DNA from: Streptosporangiaceae bacterium
GTDB taxonomy: Bacteria > Actinomycetota > Actinomycetes > Streptosporangiales > Streptosporangiaceae
Assembly (NCBI GenBank): GCA_036495485.1
Contig: DASXMU010000193.1
Location: 2,618-66,617 of the forward strand
Direction of reading: 5' to 3'
Length of the DNA stretch: 64,000 nucleotides
This document shows positions 54,024-63,751 of the stretch, piece by piece. How positions within the stretch are numbered: position 1 is the first letter of the stretch; each line of letters starts with the position of its first letter. The notes below the pieces were generated by a model. The model did not search any database. It was given only the letters and a program-made list of their open reading frames with translations, and had not been told where the DNA came from. Made by a program: the position numbers and the translations under genes.

Positions 54024-55595
54024 ATGGATACGCCAGGTGCGCAGTCGCGGTGGTGGCATGGGGCCACGCTGTACCAGGTCTACGTGCGGTCCCTGCAGGA
54101 CACCAATGGCGACGGGTACGGAGATCTGCCCGGGGTGATCGCGCGGCTGGAGTACCTGGACTGGCTGGGGGTGGACGGGATCTGGCTGTCGCCGACGATG
54201 CCGTCGCCCGATCATGACTGGGGCTATGACGTCTCGGACTACCTGAGCGTTCACCCGGAGCTTGGCACGCTGGCGGATCTGGACACGCTGATCGCCGAGG
54301 CCGGGCGGCTGGGGATGCACGTGCTGCTGGACCTGGTGCCCAACCACACCAGCAGCGCTCACCCGTGGTTCGCCGAGGCTGTCGGCGGCCCGCAGGCGCC
54401 GCACCGGGACTACTACGTGTGGGCGGATCCGGCGCCGGGCGGTGGGCCGCCGAACAACTGGCTGGATGCGACCGGAGCCACAGCCTGGGCGTTCGATGAG
54501 CGTAGCGGGCAGTATTACCTGCATAACTACCTGCCGAGTCAGCCGGATCTGAACTGGTGGGAACCGGCCGTGCATGAGGAGTTCCGCCGGATCGTGCGGT
54601 TCTGGTTCGATCGCGGCGTCGCCGGGTTCAGGATCGATGTAGCGCAGGGGCTGTACAAGGACGCCGAGTTGCGCGACGACCCACCGTCGGGGGAGTCCGG
54701 CCGGCTGAACGGGCGCTGGGGGCTGGCCAAGGAGTACAGCGCGAACCGGCCGGAGTCGCACGGCGTCTTCAGGGACTGGCGGTCGATCGCGGAGAGCTAC
54801 ACGCCGCCGAAGCTGCTGCTGGGCGAGACCTGGGGACCCGACCTCAGCGCGATGGCGGGTTTCCACGGCAACGGCGACGAGCTGCAGCTCACCTTCAACT
54901 TCCCGTTCGTGTTCGCGCCGTTCACCGCCGACGGGCTGGCCGATGTGGTGGCCGGGACGCTGGCGAAGCTGCCGGCCGGGGAATGCCCGGTCTGGACCGC
55001 CTCCAACCACGACGTGAGCCGGTTCCCCACCCGCTGGTGCGACGGCGACCCGCGTAAGGCACGGCTCGCGCTGATGGTGCTGGCCACGCTGCCCGGCACG
55101 TTCGTGCTCTACTACGGCGACGAGATCGCGATGGTGGACACCGACGTCCCGCCCGGGCTGCGCCGCGATCCGATGACTCCCGGCGGCCTGGCCCGAGAGG
55201 GCCGCGACCGGGCCAGAACCCCCATGCCCTGGGACTCCTCCCCGCTCGGCGGCTTCACCGGCGACGGCGTCAAGCCCTGGCTCCCCCTAGGCGAGCACAC
55301 CAGCCGCAACATCCAGACCGAACGGGTCGACCCAGCCTCGACGCTGCGCTTCTGCCGCGACCTGCTGGCCCTGCGCCGCACCGAGTTCGCCGGCCAGATG
55401 GCCAGCTACGAACGTCTGCCCAGCCCGCCCGGCACCTGGATCTACCAGTCGGGCGCCCTGACCGTCGCCGCCAGCTTCACCGACGACCCGGTGCCGCTGC
55501 CTGGCCCGCTGGGCGAGGTACTGATCGCCACCACCAGCCAGCCAGACCCGGCCGTGCTGCCGCCCTGGGCCGGGGTGATCGCCCGCCTGATCTGA
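54024..55595 (+). CDS. GH13 alpha-glucosidase (oligo-1,6-glucosidase/trehalose-6-P hydrolase-like)
   Basis: ATG 54024. WWHGATLYQVYVRS..DTNGDGYGDL.G....LDYL..LGVDGIWLSP, DLVPNHTS, GFRIDVA. Confidence 0.9.
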   Translation: MDTPGAQSRWWHGATLYQVYVRSLQDTNGDGYGDLPGVIARLEYLDWLGVDGIWLSPTMPSPDHDWGYDVSDYLSVHPELGTLADLDTLIAEAGRLGMHVLLDLVPNHTSSAHPWFAEAVGGPQAPHRDYYVWADPAPGGGPPNNWLDATGATAWAFDERSGQYYLHNYLPSQPDLNWWEPAVHEEFRRIVRFWFDRGVAGFRIDVAQGLYKDAELRDDPPSGESGRLNGRWGLAKEYSANRPESHGVFRDWRSIAESYTPPKLLLGETWGPDLSAMAGFHGNGDELQLTFNFPFVFAPFTADGLADVVAGTLAKLPAGECPVWTASNHDVSRFPTRWCDGDPRKARLALMVLATLPGTFVLYYGDEIAMVDTDVPPGLRRDPMTPGGLAREGRDRARTPMPWDSSPLGGFTGDGVKPWLPLGEHTSRNIQTERVDPASTLRFCRDLLALRRTEFAGQMASYERLPSPPGTWIYQSGALTVAASFTDDPVPLPGPLGEVLIATTSQPDPAVLPPWAGVIARLI

Positions 55596-55635
55596 CTCAC
55601 CCGACACCAGTCAGCCAAACCCCGCCGGGCCCGAA

Positions 55636-56511
55636 TCACTCGACGATCTTGGAAATCGGGATTTCCAGGATGTCCCTGGCGCCAGCCGCCTTCAGCGCCG
55701 GGATCAGGGTATTGACCCCCGCCTTGGGCACGACGGTCTCGACCGCGTTCATCTCGCTGCTGGCCAGCGCGGTGATCGTGGGCGACGACATGGCCGGCAG
55801 CATCTCGGTCACCGCGCGCAGCCGGTCCGCCGGAACATTGAGCTTGAGCAAGACGTTGCCCCGGGCCTTGATCGCCCCGCGCAGCAGCAGGGCAAGGTCC
55901 TCCATGGCCCCCCGCTTACCCGCGTCCCCGTAAGCCTGGCGGTTGGCCACCAGCTCGGTATAGCTGGTGATCACCGTGTCCAGGATCCGCAGTCCGTTCC
56001 GCCGCAGCGAGGATCCGGTCTCGGTGAGGTCCACGATCGCGTCCACGATGTCTGGAACCTTGGCCTCGGTAGCCCCATAGGACGGCACCACCATCGCCTT
56101 GACCCCGTGCGCGTCAAGGAAGCGCCTGGTCAGCGACGGAAACTCGGTCGAGATCCGGACGCCGTCCGGCAGATCATCCACCGACTGCCAGGGTGCCCTC
56201 TCCGGGACCGCCAGCACCACCTGCACCGGCCGCGAGGTCGCCTTCGAGTACTGCAGCTCGCCGAGCGAAACCACATCCGCCTCTGTCTCGCTGATCCAGT
56301 CCCGTCCCGTGATCCCCAGATCGAACAACCCCTGCTCCAGGTATGACGGAATCTCCTGCGGCCGCAGAAACCGCACCTTGTCGATCCTCGGGTCATCGAT
56401 CGACGCGTGATAATCCCGGTCCGACGACCGCCGCACGGTCAGATCGGCCGCATCGAGCAAATCCAGCGTCGCCCGCTCCAGCGACCCCTTGGGCAGAACA
56501 ACAGAAAGCAA
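55636..56511 (-). CDS. hisG: ATP phosphoribosyltransferase (long form)
   Basis: LSVVLPKGSLE...LRPQEIP.YLE.G..DLGITG.D. Second TTG (56511) is preferred, lying 8 nt after GGAAAGGA. The track start is 56517. Confidence 0.9.
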   Translation of the reverse strand: MLSVVLPKGSLERATLDLLDAADLTVRRSSDRDYHASIDDPRIDKVRFLRPQEIPSYLEQGLFDLGITGRDWISETEADVVSLGELQYSKATSRPVQVVLAVPERAPWQSVDDLPDGVRISTEFPSLTRRFLDAHGVKAMVVPSYGATEAKVPDIVDAIVDLTETGSSLRRNGLRILDTVITSYTELVANRQAYGDAGKRGAMEDLALLLRGAIKARGNVLLKLNVPADRLRAVTEMLPAMSSPTITALASSEMNAVETVVPKAGVNTLIPALKAAGARDILEIPISKIVE

Positions 56512-56548
56512 GATCAAGATCCTTTCCTACCGGACAACCAACCCGGAA

Positions 56549-56606
56549 ACCCGGTCGATGTGACACTGACCGGCACCTATGCCCAGCAATGTCACATCGA
56601 CCGGGT
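56549..56606. other. Perfect 17-bp inverted repeat between ribH and hisG (terminator/processing-type stem-loop)
   Basis: acccggtcgatgtgaca (56549-56565) / tgtcacatcgaccgggt (56590-56606), with a 24-nt loop. The minus strand continues TTCCGGGTTGGTTG. Confidence 0.6.
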
Positions 56607-56625
56607 TAGGGACGGGACCGGTGGG

Positions 56626-57213
<588 letters not shown>

Positions 57214-58500
57214 TCAGTGGGCTTCAGCGTGAGCGTGGGGCCCGGCAGCGCCGTTCGGTTCCACATAAAGATCTTCTATCTGATGACCAAGCCTGTCCCT
57301 TTTAGCGGTGAGGTACCGGCGATTTTCGTCGGTGACGAGGACGGGCAGCGGGAGACGGCCAACAACCTCGATGCCGAATCCGGTGAGCCCGCTGACCTTG
57401 GCCGGGTTGTTGGTCAGCAGCCGGATCGAGCGGACTCCGAGGTCGGCGAGCATCTGCGCGCCGGTGGAGTACTCGCGGGCGTCGGCGGGCAGGCCGAGTT
57501 CGAGGTTGGCGTCCACGGTGTCCGCGCCGGCGTCCTGGAGGTTGTAGGCCTGCAGCTTGCTCAGCAGGCCGATGCCGCGGCCCTCGTGCCCGCGCAGGTA
57601 GAGGACGGCGCCGCGGCCTTCGCTGGCGATGGCGGCCATGGCGGCGGCGAGCTGGGCGCCGCAGTCACAGCGGCGCGAGCCGAACACGTCACCGGTGAGG
57701 CACTCGGAGTGCACCCGGGTGAGCACCTGCTCGCCGTCGCCCAGGTCACCGAGGACCATGGCGATGTGCTCGGTGCCGTCCACGGAGTTGAGATAGCCAT
57801 AGGCCCGCCACTCGCCATAGGCGTTGGGCAGCCGGGTCTGAGTGACCCGGCGGACCATCCGCTCGGTGTGCCGCCGGTACTCGATGAGCTGGAAGATCGA
57901 GATCAGCGCGAGGTCGTGCTCGTCGGCGAACCTGCGCAGCGCGGGCAGCCGGGCCATCGAGCCGTCGTCGTTGACCACCTCGGCCAGCACGCCGGCCTCG
58001 GGCAGGCCGGCCAGCCTGGTCAGGTCGACCGCGGCCTCGGTGTGGCCGGGGCGGCGCAGCACACCGCCGTCGGCGTAGCGCAGCGGGAAGATGTGGCCGG
58101 GGCGGACCAGCTCGTACGGTTCGGTGGCGGAGTCCACCAGGACCCGGACCGTCCTGGCCCGGTCAGCGGCGGAAATGCCGGTCGTGACGCCGTCCCTGGC
58201 GTCCACGCTGACCGTGAACGCGGTCCGCATGCGCTCGTTGTTCTGGTTGGTCATCAGCGGGATCTGCAGCCGGTCCAGCTCCTTGCCGGGCATCGGGACG
58301 CAGATGACCCCGCTGGTGTAACGGATCATGAAGGCGAGCAGCTCGGCGGTGGCCTTGGTGGCGGCGAAGATGATGTCGCCCTCGTTCTCCCGGTCCGCGT
58401 CGTCCACCACGACGACCGGCCGGCCTGCCGCGATGTCCGCGATCGCCCGCTCGACGCTGTCGAGGCGGACGCCGTCGGCTTCGCTTCGGATCTGCGTCAT
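57214..58500 (-). CDS. ribBA: Bifunctional 3,4-dihydroxy-2-butanone-4-phosphate synthase / GTP cyclohydrolase II
   Basis: ATG 58500 (ATGA overlap with the ribE stop). [46 protein letters not shown]. Confidence 0.95.
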   Translation of the reverse strand: MTQIRSEADGVRLDSVERAIADIAAGRPVVVVDDADRENEGDIIFAATKATAELLAFMIRYTSGVICVPMPGKELDRLQIPLMTNQNNERMRTAFTVSVDARDGVTTGISAADRARTVRVLVDSATEPYELVRPGHIFPLRYADGGVLRRPGHTEAAVDLTRLAGLPEAGVLAEVVNDDGSMARLPALRRFADEHDLALISIFQLIEYRRHTERMVRRVTQTRLPNAYGEWRAYGYLNSVDGTEHIAMVLGDLGDGEQVLTRVHSECLTGDVFGSRRCDCGAQLAAAMAAIASEGRGAVLYLRGHEGRGIGLLSKLQAYNLQDAGADTVDANLELGLPADAREYSTGAQMLADLGVRSIRLLTNNPAKVSGLTGFGIEVVGRLPLPVLVTDENRRYLTAKRDRLGHQIEDLYVEPNGAAGPHAHAEAH

Positions 58501-59108
58501 GACCGGGCGCCCCCGTTCGCGCCGAGCAGTTTCTCCACGTACTTGGCGATCACATCGACCTCCAGGTTGACCGTGTCGCCGGGCTGCTTGCGGCCAAGCG
58601 TGGTGCGGCTCAGCGTCTCCGGAATCAGGCTCACCTCGAACCAGGGCGGGTCCTCCCCAGTGGCGGCGATGGTCAGGCTGACCCCGTCCACGCCGACCGA
58701 GCCCTTCTCCACGACGTACCTGGCCAGGCTCGCGGGGAGCGAGACGCGCACGACGTCCCAGCGCTCGCCCTGGCGGCGGGAGACGATCGTGCCGGTGCCG
58801 TCCACATGACCCTGGATCATGTGACCGCCGAGCCTGCCGTCGAGCCGCATCGGGCGCTCCAGGTTGACCGGGCTGCCCGGCTGCAGGCCGCCCAGGGATG
58901 AGCGGTTCAGGGTCTCCAGCATGACGTCGGCGGTGAACGTCCCATCCCGGGTGCCGGTGACGGTAAGACAGACGCCGTTGATGGACAGCGAGTCTCCGTG
59001 ACTGGCGTCGCTGGTGACCAGCGGCCCGCGTACAGTGATCCGCGCGGCGTCGGCGAGCCGCTCGACGCCGACGACCTCGCCAAGCTCTTCCACGATCCCG
59101 GTGTACAT
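58497..59108 (-). CDS. ribE: Riboflavin synthase alpha chain
   Basis: ATG 59108 ([12 protein letters not shown]..). SINGVCLTV and VDGVSLTI internal repeat. Confidence 0.95.
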   Translation of the reverse strand: MYTGIVEELGEVVGVERLADAARITVRGPLVTSDASHGDSLSINGVCLTVTGTRDGTFTADVMLETLNRSSLGGLQPGSPVNLERPMRLDGRLGGHMIQGHVDGTGTIVSRRQGERWDVVRVSLPASLARYVVEKGSVGVDGVSLTIAATGEDPPWFEVSLIPETLSRTTLGRKQPGDTVNLEVDVIAKYVEKLLGANGGARS

Positions 59109-59204
59109 CCTTGGGTCCCCTCTCCTGGCCGGTCGCACCACGGCACTCCGGGGGGACGTACTGCCCACACGCGAACGCGTGAGCGCGGTCCGTCAGGACC
59201 GCTC

Positions 59205-59345
59205 GCGTGCCTCCTCCCATCCGGGCTTTAACCGTCGGTCCCGGAGTTTCACCGGGTCAGCCGGTCGCTGTGCCTGGGCACTGCGGCCGGGTCGCGGACT
59301 GTAACCGCCGGCTCGGAGTTTCACCGACCCCGGAGTACGCGCTGC
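59205..59345 (-). promoter_or_regulatory. FMN riboswitch (RFN element) leader of the rib operon
   Basis: The minus strand reads CTCCGGGGTCGGTGAAACTCCGAGCCGGCGGTTACAGTCCGCGACCCGG...GGCTGACCCGGTGAAACTCCGGGACCGACGGTTAAAGCCCGGATGGGAGGAGG. This matches the conserved RFN core as I recall it and sits directly upstream of ribE. Confidence 0.9.
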
Positions 59346-59448
59346 TCAGTTAACCAGTGTGCCATACCAGGCTATTCCGCCTGCGCGCCGATACGGGGTG
59401 GGCAATCCCGAAGGTGTGCGGCTGTACGGCGCGCCGCAAGGTGAATGG

Positions 59449-60462
59449 GTGAGCGTGGAGGTTCCGGCTGTGCCTGCAGCAGTGTTGTGTGGCGTGGGTG
59501 GCTATGTGCCAACCTCAGTGGTCACCAATACCGATCTCACCATGCGGTTCAGCACGTCAGAAGAATGGATTAGCTCGCGCACCGGCATCCGGCAGCGCCA
59601 TGTGGTCACCGGCGGGGATTGCACCTCGGATCTCGCGGTGCAGGCTGGTGCGGCAGCCCTGAAGAGCGCCGGGGTGGACTCGGTCGACCTGATCGTGCTC
59701 GCCACTGTCACGCCGGATCATCCGTGCCCGGCGACCGCGCCCTCCGTTGCCCGCCGGCTGGGGCTGGGCCAGGTTGCCGCGTTCGATCTGGGCGCGGCGT
59801 GCAGCGGGTTCGTCTACGGGCTAGCCGTCGTGGCTGGATTCCTGGGGGCTGGTCTAGGCGACCGGGTTTTACTGATCGGGGCGGACGCGTTTTCCACGAA
59901 GCTCAATCCGGCCGATCGCGGCGCGGTGACGGTATTCGGCGACGGCGCGGGCGCGGCGGTGCTGCGCCGTGGGAATGCTGCGGATCTGGGAGCGCTGCTG
60001 GCGTTCGATCTGGGCAGCGACGGGAAGCTGGCCGACCTGCTCATGATTCAGGCGGGTGGCTCTAAGCACCCACCGGTCGCCGGGCAGGTGACGACCGAGG
60101 ATCACTTGTTCTCGATGACGCAGGGCAAGGCGGTGTACCGGCACGCGACCTGCCGGATGACCGCCTCGGCGCAGGCGGTGTTGCGGCGGGCCGGGTGGCG
60201 GCCGGACGAGGTGGACTGGTTCGTGGGTCATCAAGCCAATCAGCGCATCCTGGAAGCCGTCGGCAAACAGATGGGGATCGCGCCTGAGCGGGTGTTCATC
60301 AACATCGATCAGCTCGGCAACACCGTCGCCGCGTCTATTCCGCTCGCACTGGCCGACGCGACGGCCATGGGCGTGCTCAAAGCCGGCCACAAGGTGGTGC
60401 TCACCACGTTCGGCGCCGGCAGCACATGGGGCTCGGTGGCGCTGACCTGGCCGGAACTGTAG
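59449..60462 (+). CDS. FabH-like 3-oxoacyl-ACP synthase III (KAS III)
   Basis: Catalytic triad contexts AACSGF (Cys), GHQAN (His) and GNTVAAS (Asn). The start is uncertain (in-frame GTG 59449/59455; the track start 59359 would run into the riboswitch region). Confidence 0.85.
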   Translation: MSVEVPAVPAAVLCGVGGYVPTSVVTNTDLTMRFSTSEEWISSRTGIRQRHVVTGGDCTSDLAVQAGAAALKSAGVDSVDLIVLATVTPDHPCPATAPSVARRLGLGQVAAFDLGAACSGFVYGLAVVAGFLGAGLGDRVLLIGADAFSTKLNPADRGAVTVFGDGAGAAVLRRGNAADLGALLAFDLGSDGKLADLLMIQAGGSKHPPVAGQVTTEDHLFSMTQGKAVYRHATCRMTASAQAVLRRAGWRPDEVDWFVGHQANQRILEAVGKQMGIAPERVFINIDQLGNTVAASIPLALADATAMGVLKAGHKVVLTTFGAGSTWGSVALTWPEL

Positions 60463-60482
60463 TTCGAGGGAGCGGGGGCGTA

Positions 60483-60731
60483 GTGGACACCGAACAGATA
60501 CGTGCTGTGGTCGTGGAGCTCGTGCTTGGCATGGATGGGGTCGCCGGGCAGGTACCGGCCACGGCGAGCTTCGAGGAACTCGGGATCGACTCGATGAGCA
60601 CGATGGACCTCCTGAGAAAAGTCGAGGATGAGTTCGGCATCGAGGTGCCGGACGAGCAGCTGCCCATGATCGTCGGCATCGAGGATCTGGTGAATTTCGT
60701 CGCGTCCGCGAAACAGGAGGTCAGCAGATGA
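60483..60731 (+). CDS. Acyl carrier protein
   Basis: GTG 60483, with GAGGGAGCGGGGG upstream. 82 aa, with phosphopantetheine site [11 protein letters not shown]. Confidence 0.85.
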   Translation: MDTEQIRAVVVELVLGMDGVAGQVPATASFEELGIDSMSTMDLLRKVEDEFGIEVPDEQLPMIVGIEDLVNFVASAKQEVSR

Positions 60732-61600
60732 AGATCAGTCCGCAGGACAGCGGCAAGTTCGGTGTGATCGTGGACGGCTTCGATGCCGGTACGGCGCCGG
60801 ATGAGGACATCGCGACCTTGAAGCGAGCGGTCTACACCGGCAAGATCGCTGTTCTGAAGGACCAGGATCTGGGCGTCCGCGAGTTCCTGGAGCTGGGTCG
60901 CCGGCTGGGCAAGCCGGTGGTCTACTACGAGCCCACCTACCACCACCCCGAGGTCAGCGAGGTTTTCGTCTCCTCCAACGTCGAGCAGGGTGGTAAGCAG
61001 CTAGGTGTGCCGAAGACCGGGCAGTTCTGGCATTCGGACTATCAGTTCATGCCCCGCCCCTTCGACATCACCCTGGTCTATCCACAGGTGGTCCCGGCCA
61101 GGAACCGGGGCACGTTCTTCATCAACCTGTGCGACGCGTACGACAGGCTGAGCGAGGATCTCAAGGCGGCGGTGAAGGACACCGTGGCCTGGCACAGCCC
61201 GCGCCGGTATTTCAAGATCCGGCCGTCCGACGTATACCGCCCCATCTGGGAGCTCACCGACGAAATCGACCGGCGCACGCCGCCGGTTTCCTTCCCCACC
61301 GCGCACGAGCACCCACACACCGGGGAGACCGTCCTCTACATCAGCGAAGCCCTCACGTGCTCCATCCAGGACGGGGAGGGCCGGGACCAGCCCGAGCTGC
61401 TGCGGACGCTGCTGGCCGCGACCGGGCAGCTTGACACCAGTTACGAGCACGAAAACATCCACCTGCAAACCTTCGAAAAGGGTGATCTGCTGGTGTGGGA
61501 TAACCGCAGCCTGATCCACCGGGCTCTGCATACGGCGACCGCAGAGCCGGCAGTGTCCTACCGGGTCACCCTCTATGACGATCAGGACGCGACCGGATGA
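60728..61600 (+). CDS. TauD/TfdA-family Fe(II)/2-oxoglutarate dioxygenase, Rv0097/ScoE-like (isonitrile synthase type)
   Basis: FWHSDYQF (HxD) and [10 protein letters not shown] (distal His). YYEPTYHH and [11 protein letters not shown] resemble Rv0097/ScoE as I recall. It sits next to FcoT-like and FadD10-like genes. Confidence 0.8.
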   Translation: MKISPQDSGKFGVIVDGFDAGTAPDEDIATLKRAVYTGKIAVLKDQDLGVREFLELGRRLGKPVVYYEPTYHHPEVSEVFVSSNVEQGGKQLGVPKTGQFWHSDYQFMPRPFDITLVYPQVVPARNRGTFFINLCDAYDRLSEDLKAAVKDTVAWHSPRRYFKIRPSDVYRPIWELTDEIDRRTPPVSFPTAHEHPHTGETVLYISEALTCSIQDGEGRDQPELLRTLLAATGQLDTSYEHENIHLQTFEKGDLLVWDNRSLIHRALHTATAEPAVSYRVTLYDDQDATG

Positions 61601-62148
61601 CCGCCGCGACCGAAGCGCAGCCTGTCAGCTATCCCACGGACGAGGATCTGATGGCGCGAGTGCTGCGCTGTTACCGGCCGAACTGCCGGTATCTGACCGC
61701 GATGACCGTGTCGGTTACCGGATCGGGCAGCGGCACAGACATCGCAGTGCGGGGATTCGCCGGCCTGGCGATCGGCGAGTCTTGCTACATCGACGACACC
61801 GGCCACCTCAACGCGGTCGAGGTCAACATCTCCTACAACCAGATGTGCTATTACGTCATCGCCAAGCTGGTCCAGGAACAGCTGGGGCCGGTCTTCTCTA
61901 CCTGGACGATGGCCGACTTCTGGCGTCACCAGCTTCCGGACATCCTGATCACCAAGCTGGTCAGCCGGTTCCGCCGGCCGATCGACCGGAGCTGCTTCTT
62001 TGGCGAGTTCGAGTTCGGCCATGTCAAGCGGCGCAGGTTCGATCCGGCCGGCCCTTCGCTTGTCGCCCTGGATACAGCGTTCCGCTTCTGGGATGACCGC
62101 GACGGCTGCGCCGACGGCGAGGTCGTGGCCGCGATCGTCTCGTCCTAG
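61597..62148 (+). CDS. FcoT-like hot-dog thioesterase-family protein, Rv0098/ScoD-like
   Basis: 183 aa, the same length as Rv0098 as I recall. [28 protein letters not shown] overlap with the upstream stop. Confidence 0.75.
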   Translation: MTAATEAQPVSYPTDEDLMARVLRCYRPNCRYLTAMTVSVTGSGSGTDIAVRGFAGLAIGESCYIDDTGHLNAVEVNISYNQMCYYVIAKLVQEQLGPVFSTWTMADFWRHQLPDILITKLVSRFRRPIDRSCFFGEFEFGHVKRRRFDPAGPSLVALDTAFRFWDDRDGCADGEVVAAIVSS

Positions 62149-62165
62149 AGAGGTTCCGGGAAGAG

Positions 62166-63740
62166 GTGCTGTACTACCCGAACCTGCGGACCGTGGCCTC
62201 GGTAGCCGGCTTCCATGCCAGCCGGGCTCCCGGCACGACCGCGATCATCTGCTCCGGCCGGCCGGTGACCTACGCCCAGCTGCACCGGGAGAGCAACCGG
62301 GTCGCTCACGCCATCTCAGCGGCGGGGCTGCCGCCCGGGAGCCGGGTGGCCTATCTGGGCAAAGAGTCCGAGCACTACTACGAGATCCTGTTCGGCGCCG
62401 CGAAAAGCGGCACCGTACTCGTGCCGGTCAACTGGCGGCTCACGGCGGGCGAGGTGGACTACGTCCTGCGCGACTCGGGCAGCAGGTTGCTGTTCGCCGA
62501 GCACGTGTTTGCCAAGACGGCCGCGAAAGTCCAGGCGGACCTGCCGGAGCTGGACACGATCGTGGAGCTGGACCCGCCCCGCGAGAGCGATGGTGGGTAT
62601 GCGGCGTGGAAAGCTGACCAGCCAGATGGCGACCTGGCACCCGGCACAGGGCCGGATGATCCAATCGTGCAGCTCTATACCAGCGGCACCACGGGCCTGC
62701 CCAAGGGCGTCGTGCTGGCGCAGCGAAGTTTCTTTGCCATCCGGGACGCGCTCGCGGGCGAAGGGCTGGACTGGGTCGACTGGCGCACCGGAGACCGCAG
62801 CCTGATCGCTGTCCCCGGGTTCCACGTCGGCGGGCTCTGGTGGGCTATGCAGGGATTCAGCGCCGGGATCACCAATGTGGCCATGCCCTCGTTCGACAGC
62901 ACCGTTGCGCTGCGGCTGATCAGGGACCTGGGCATCACCACCACCTGCATGGTGCCGTCTATGCTGCGGTTGCTGCTGGCCGAGCCGGGCGTTCGATCCG
63001 CTGACTTCACCACAATGCGCAAGATCGTCTATGGCGGTTCCCCGATGGCCGAGACGTTGCTGAAAGAGGCGATCGACGTCTGCGGCGCCAGCTTCGCCCA
63101 GTTCTATGGTTTGACCGAGACCGGCAACACCGCCGTGTGCCTGCCACCGGCCGACCATATTCCTGGCAGCCCACGGCTGCGGGCCGCCGGACGGCCCTAC
63201 CCTGGAGTCCAGGTCAAGATCATCGACGTGGATGGCAGCCCGCTGCCACCCGGTGACATCGGCGAGATCTGCCTGCACACCCCCGCGCGGATGCTGGAGT
63301 ACTGGCGCAATCCCGCGGCCACGGCGCGGACATTGGCGGACGGGTGGATTCACACCGGCGATGCCGGCTATCTCGATGCGGACGGCTACGTCTACATCAG
63401 CGACCGGATCAAGGACATGATCATCGTGGCCGGCGAGAAGATCTACCCGGCCGAGATCGAGAACGCGCTGGCGAAACACCCCGCGGTGGCTGAGGCTGCG
63501 GTCGTCGGGATTCCCGATAGCCGGTTCGGCGAGGCGGTGTGCGCGTTCGTGGCACGGCGGCCCGGGCACCAGGCCGGGCCGGGGGAGCTCATGGTGTTCC
63601 TCAAGGACTCGCTCGCCGCCTTCAAGATCCCGTCCCGGTTCGAGTTCGTCGATCAGGTGCCGCGCAACCCCAGTGGGAAGATCTTGCGCCGCCAGCTGCG
63701 CGACCAGTTCTGGCGCGACCGCGACCGCCAGGTCAACTAA
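62166..63740 (+). CDS. Fatty acyl-AMP/acyl-ACP ligase, FadD10/ScoC-like
   Basis: AMP-binding LYTSGTTGLPKGV. RSFFAIRDALAGEGLDWVDW and HVGGLWW resemble FadD10 as I recall. GDAGYLD..GY.YI.DR.KD, and SGKILRRQL at the end. Confidence 0.85.
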   Translation: MLYYPNLRTVASVAGFHASRAPGTTAIICSGRPVTYAQLHRESNRVAHAISAAGLPPGSRVAYLGKESEHYYEILFGAAKSGTVLVPVNWRLTAGEVDYVLRDSGSRLLFAEHVFAKTAAKVQADLPELDTIVELDPPRESDGGYAAWKADQPDGDLAPGTGPDDPIVQLYTSGTTGLPKGVVLAQRSFFAIRDALAGEGLDWVDWRTGDRSLIAVPGFHVGGLWWAMQGFSAGITNVAMPSFDSTVALRLIRDLGITTTCMVPSMLRLLLAEPGVRSADFTTMRKIVYGGSPMAETLLKEAIDVCGASFAQFYGLTETGNTAVCLPPADHIPGSPRLRAAGRPYPGVQVKIIDVDGSPLPPGDIGEICLHTPARMLEYWRNPAATARTLADGWIHTGDAGYLDADGYVYISDRIKDMIIVAGEKIYPAEIENALAKHPAVAEAAVVGIPDSRFGEAVCAFVARRPGHQAGPGELMVFLKDSLAAFKIPSRFEFVDQVPRNPSGKILRRQLRDQFWRDRDRQVN

Positions 63741-63751
63741 GGGGAGTCAAA

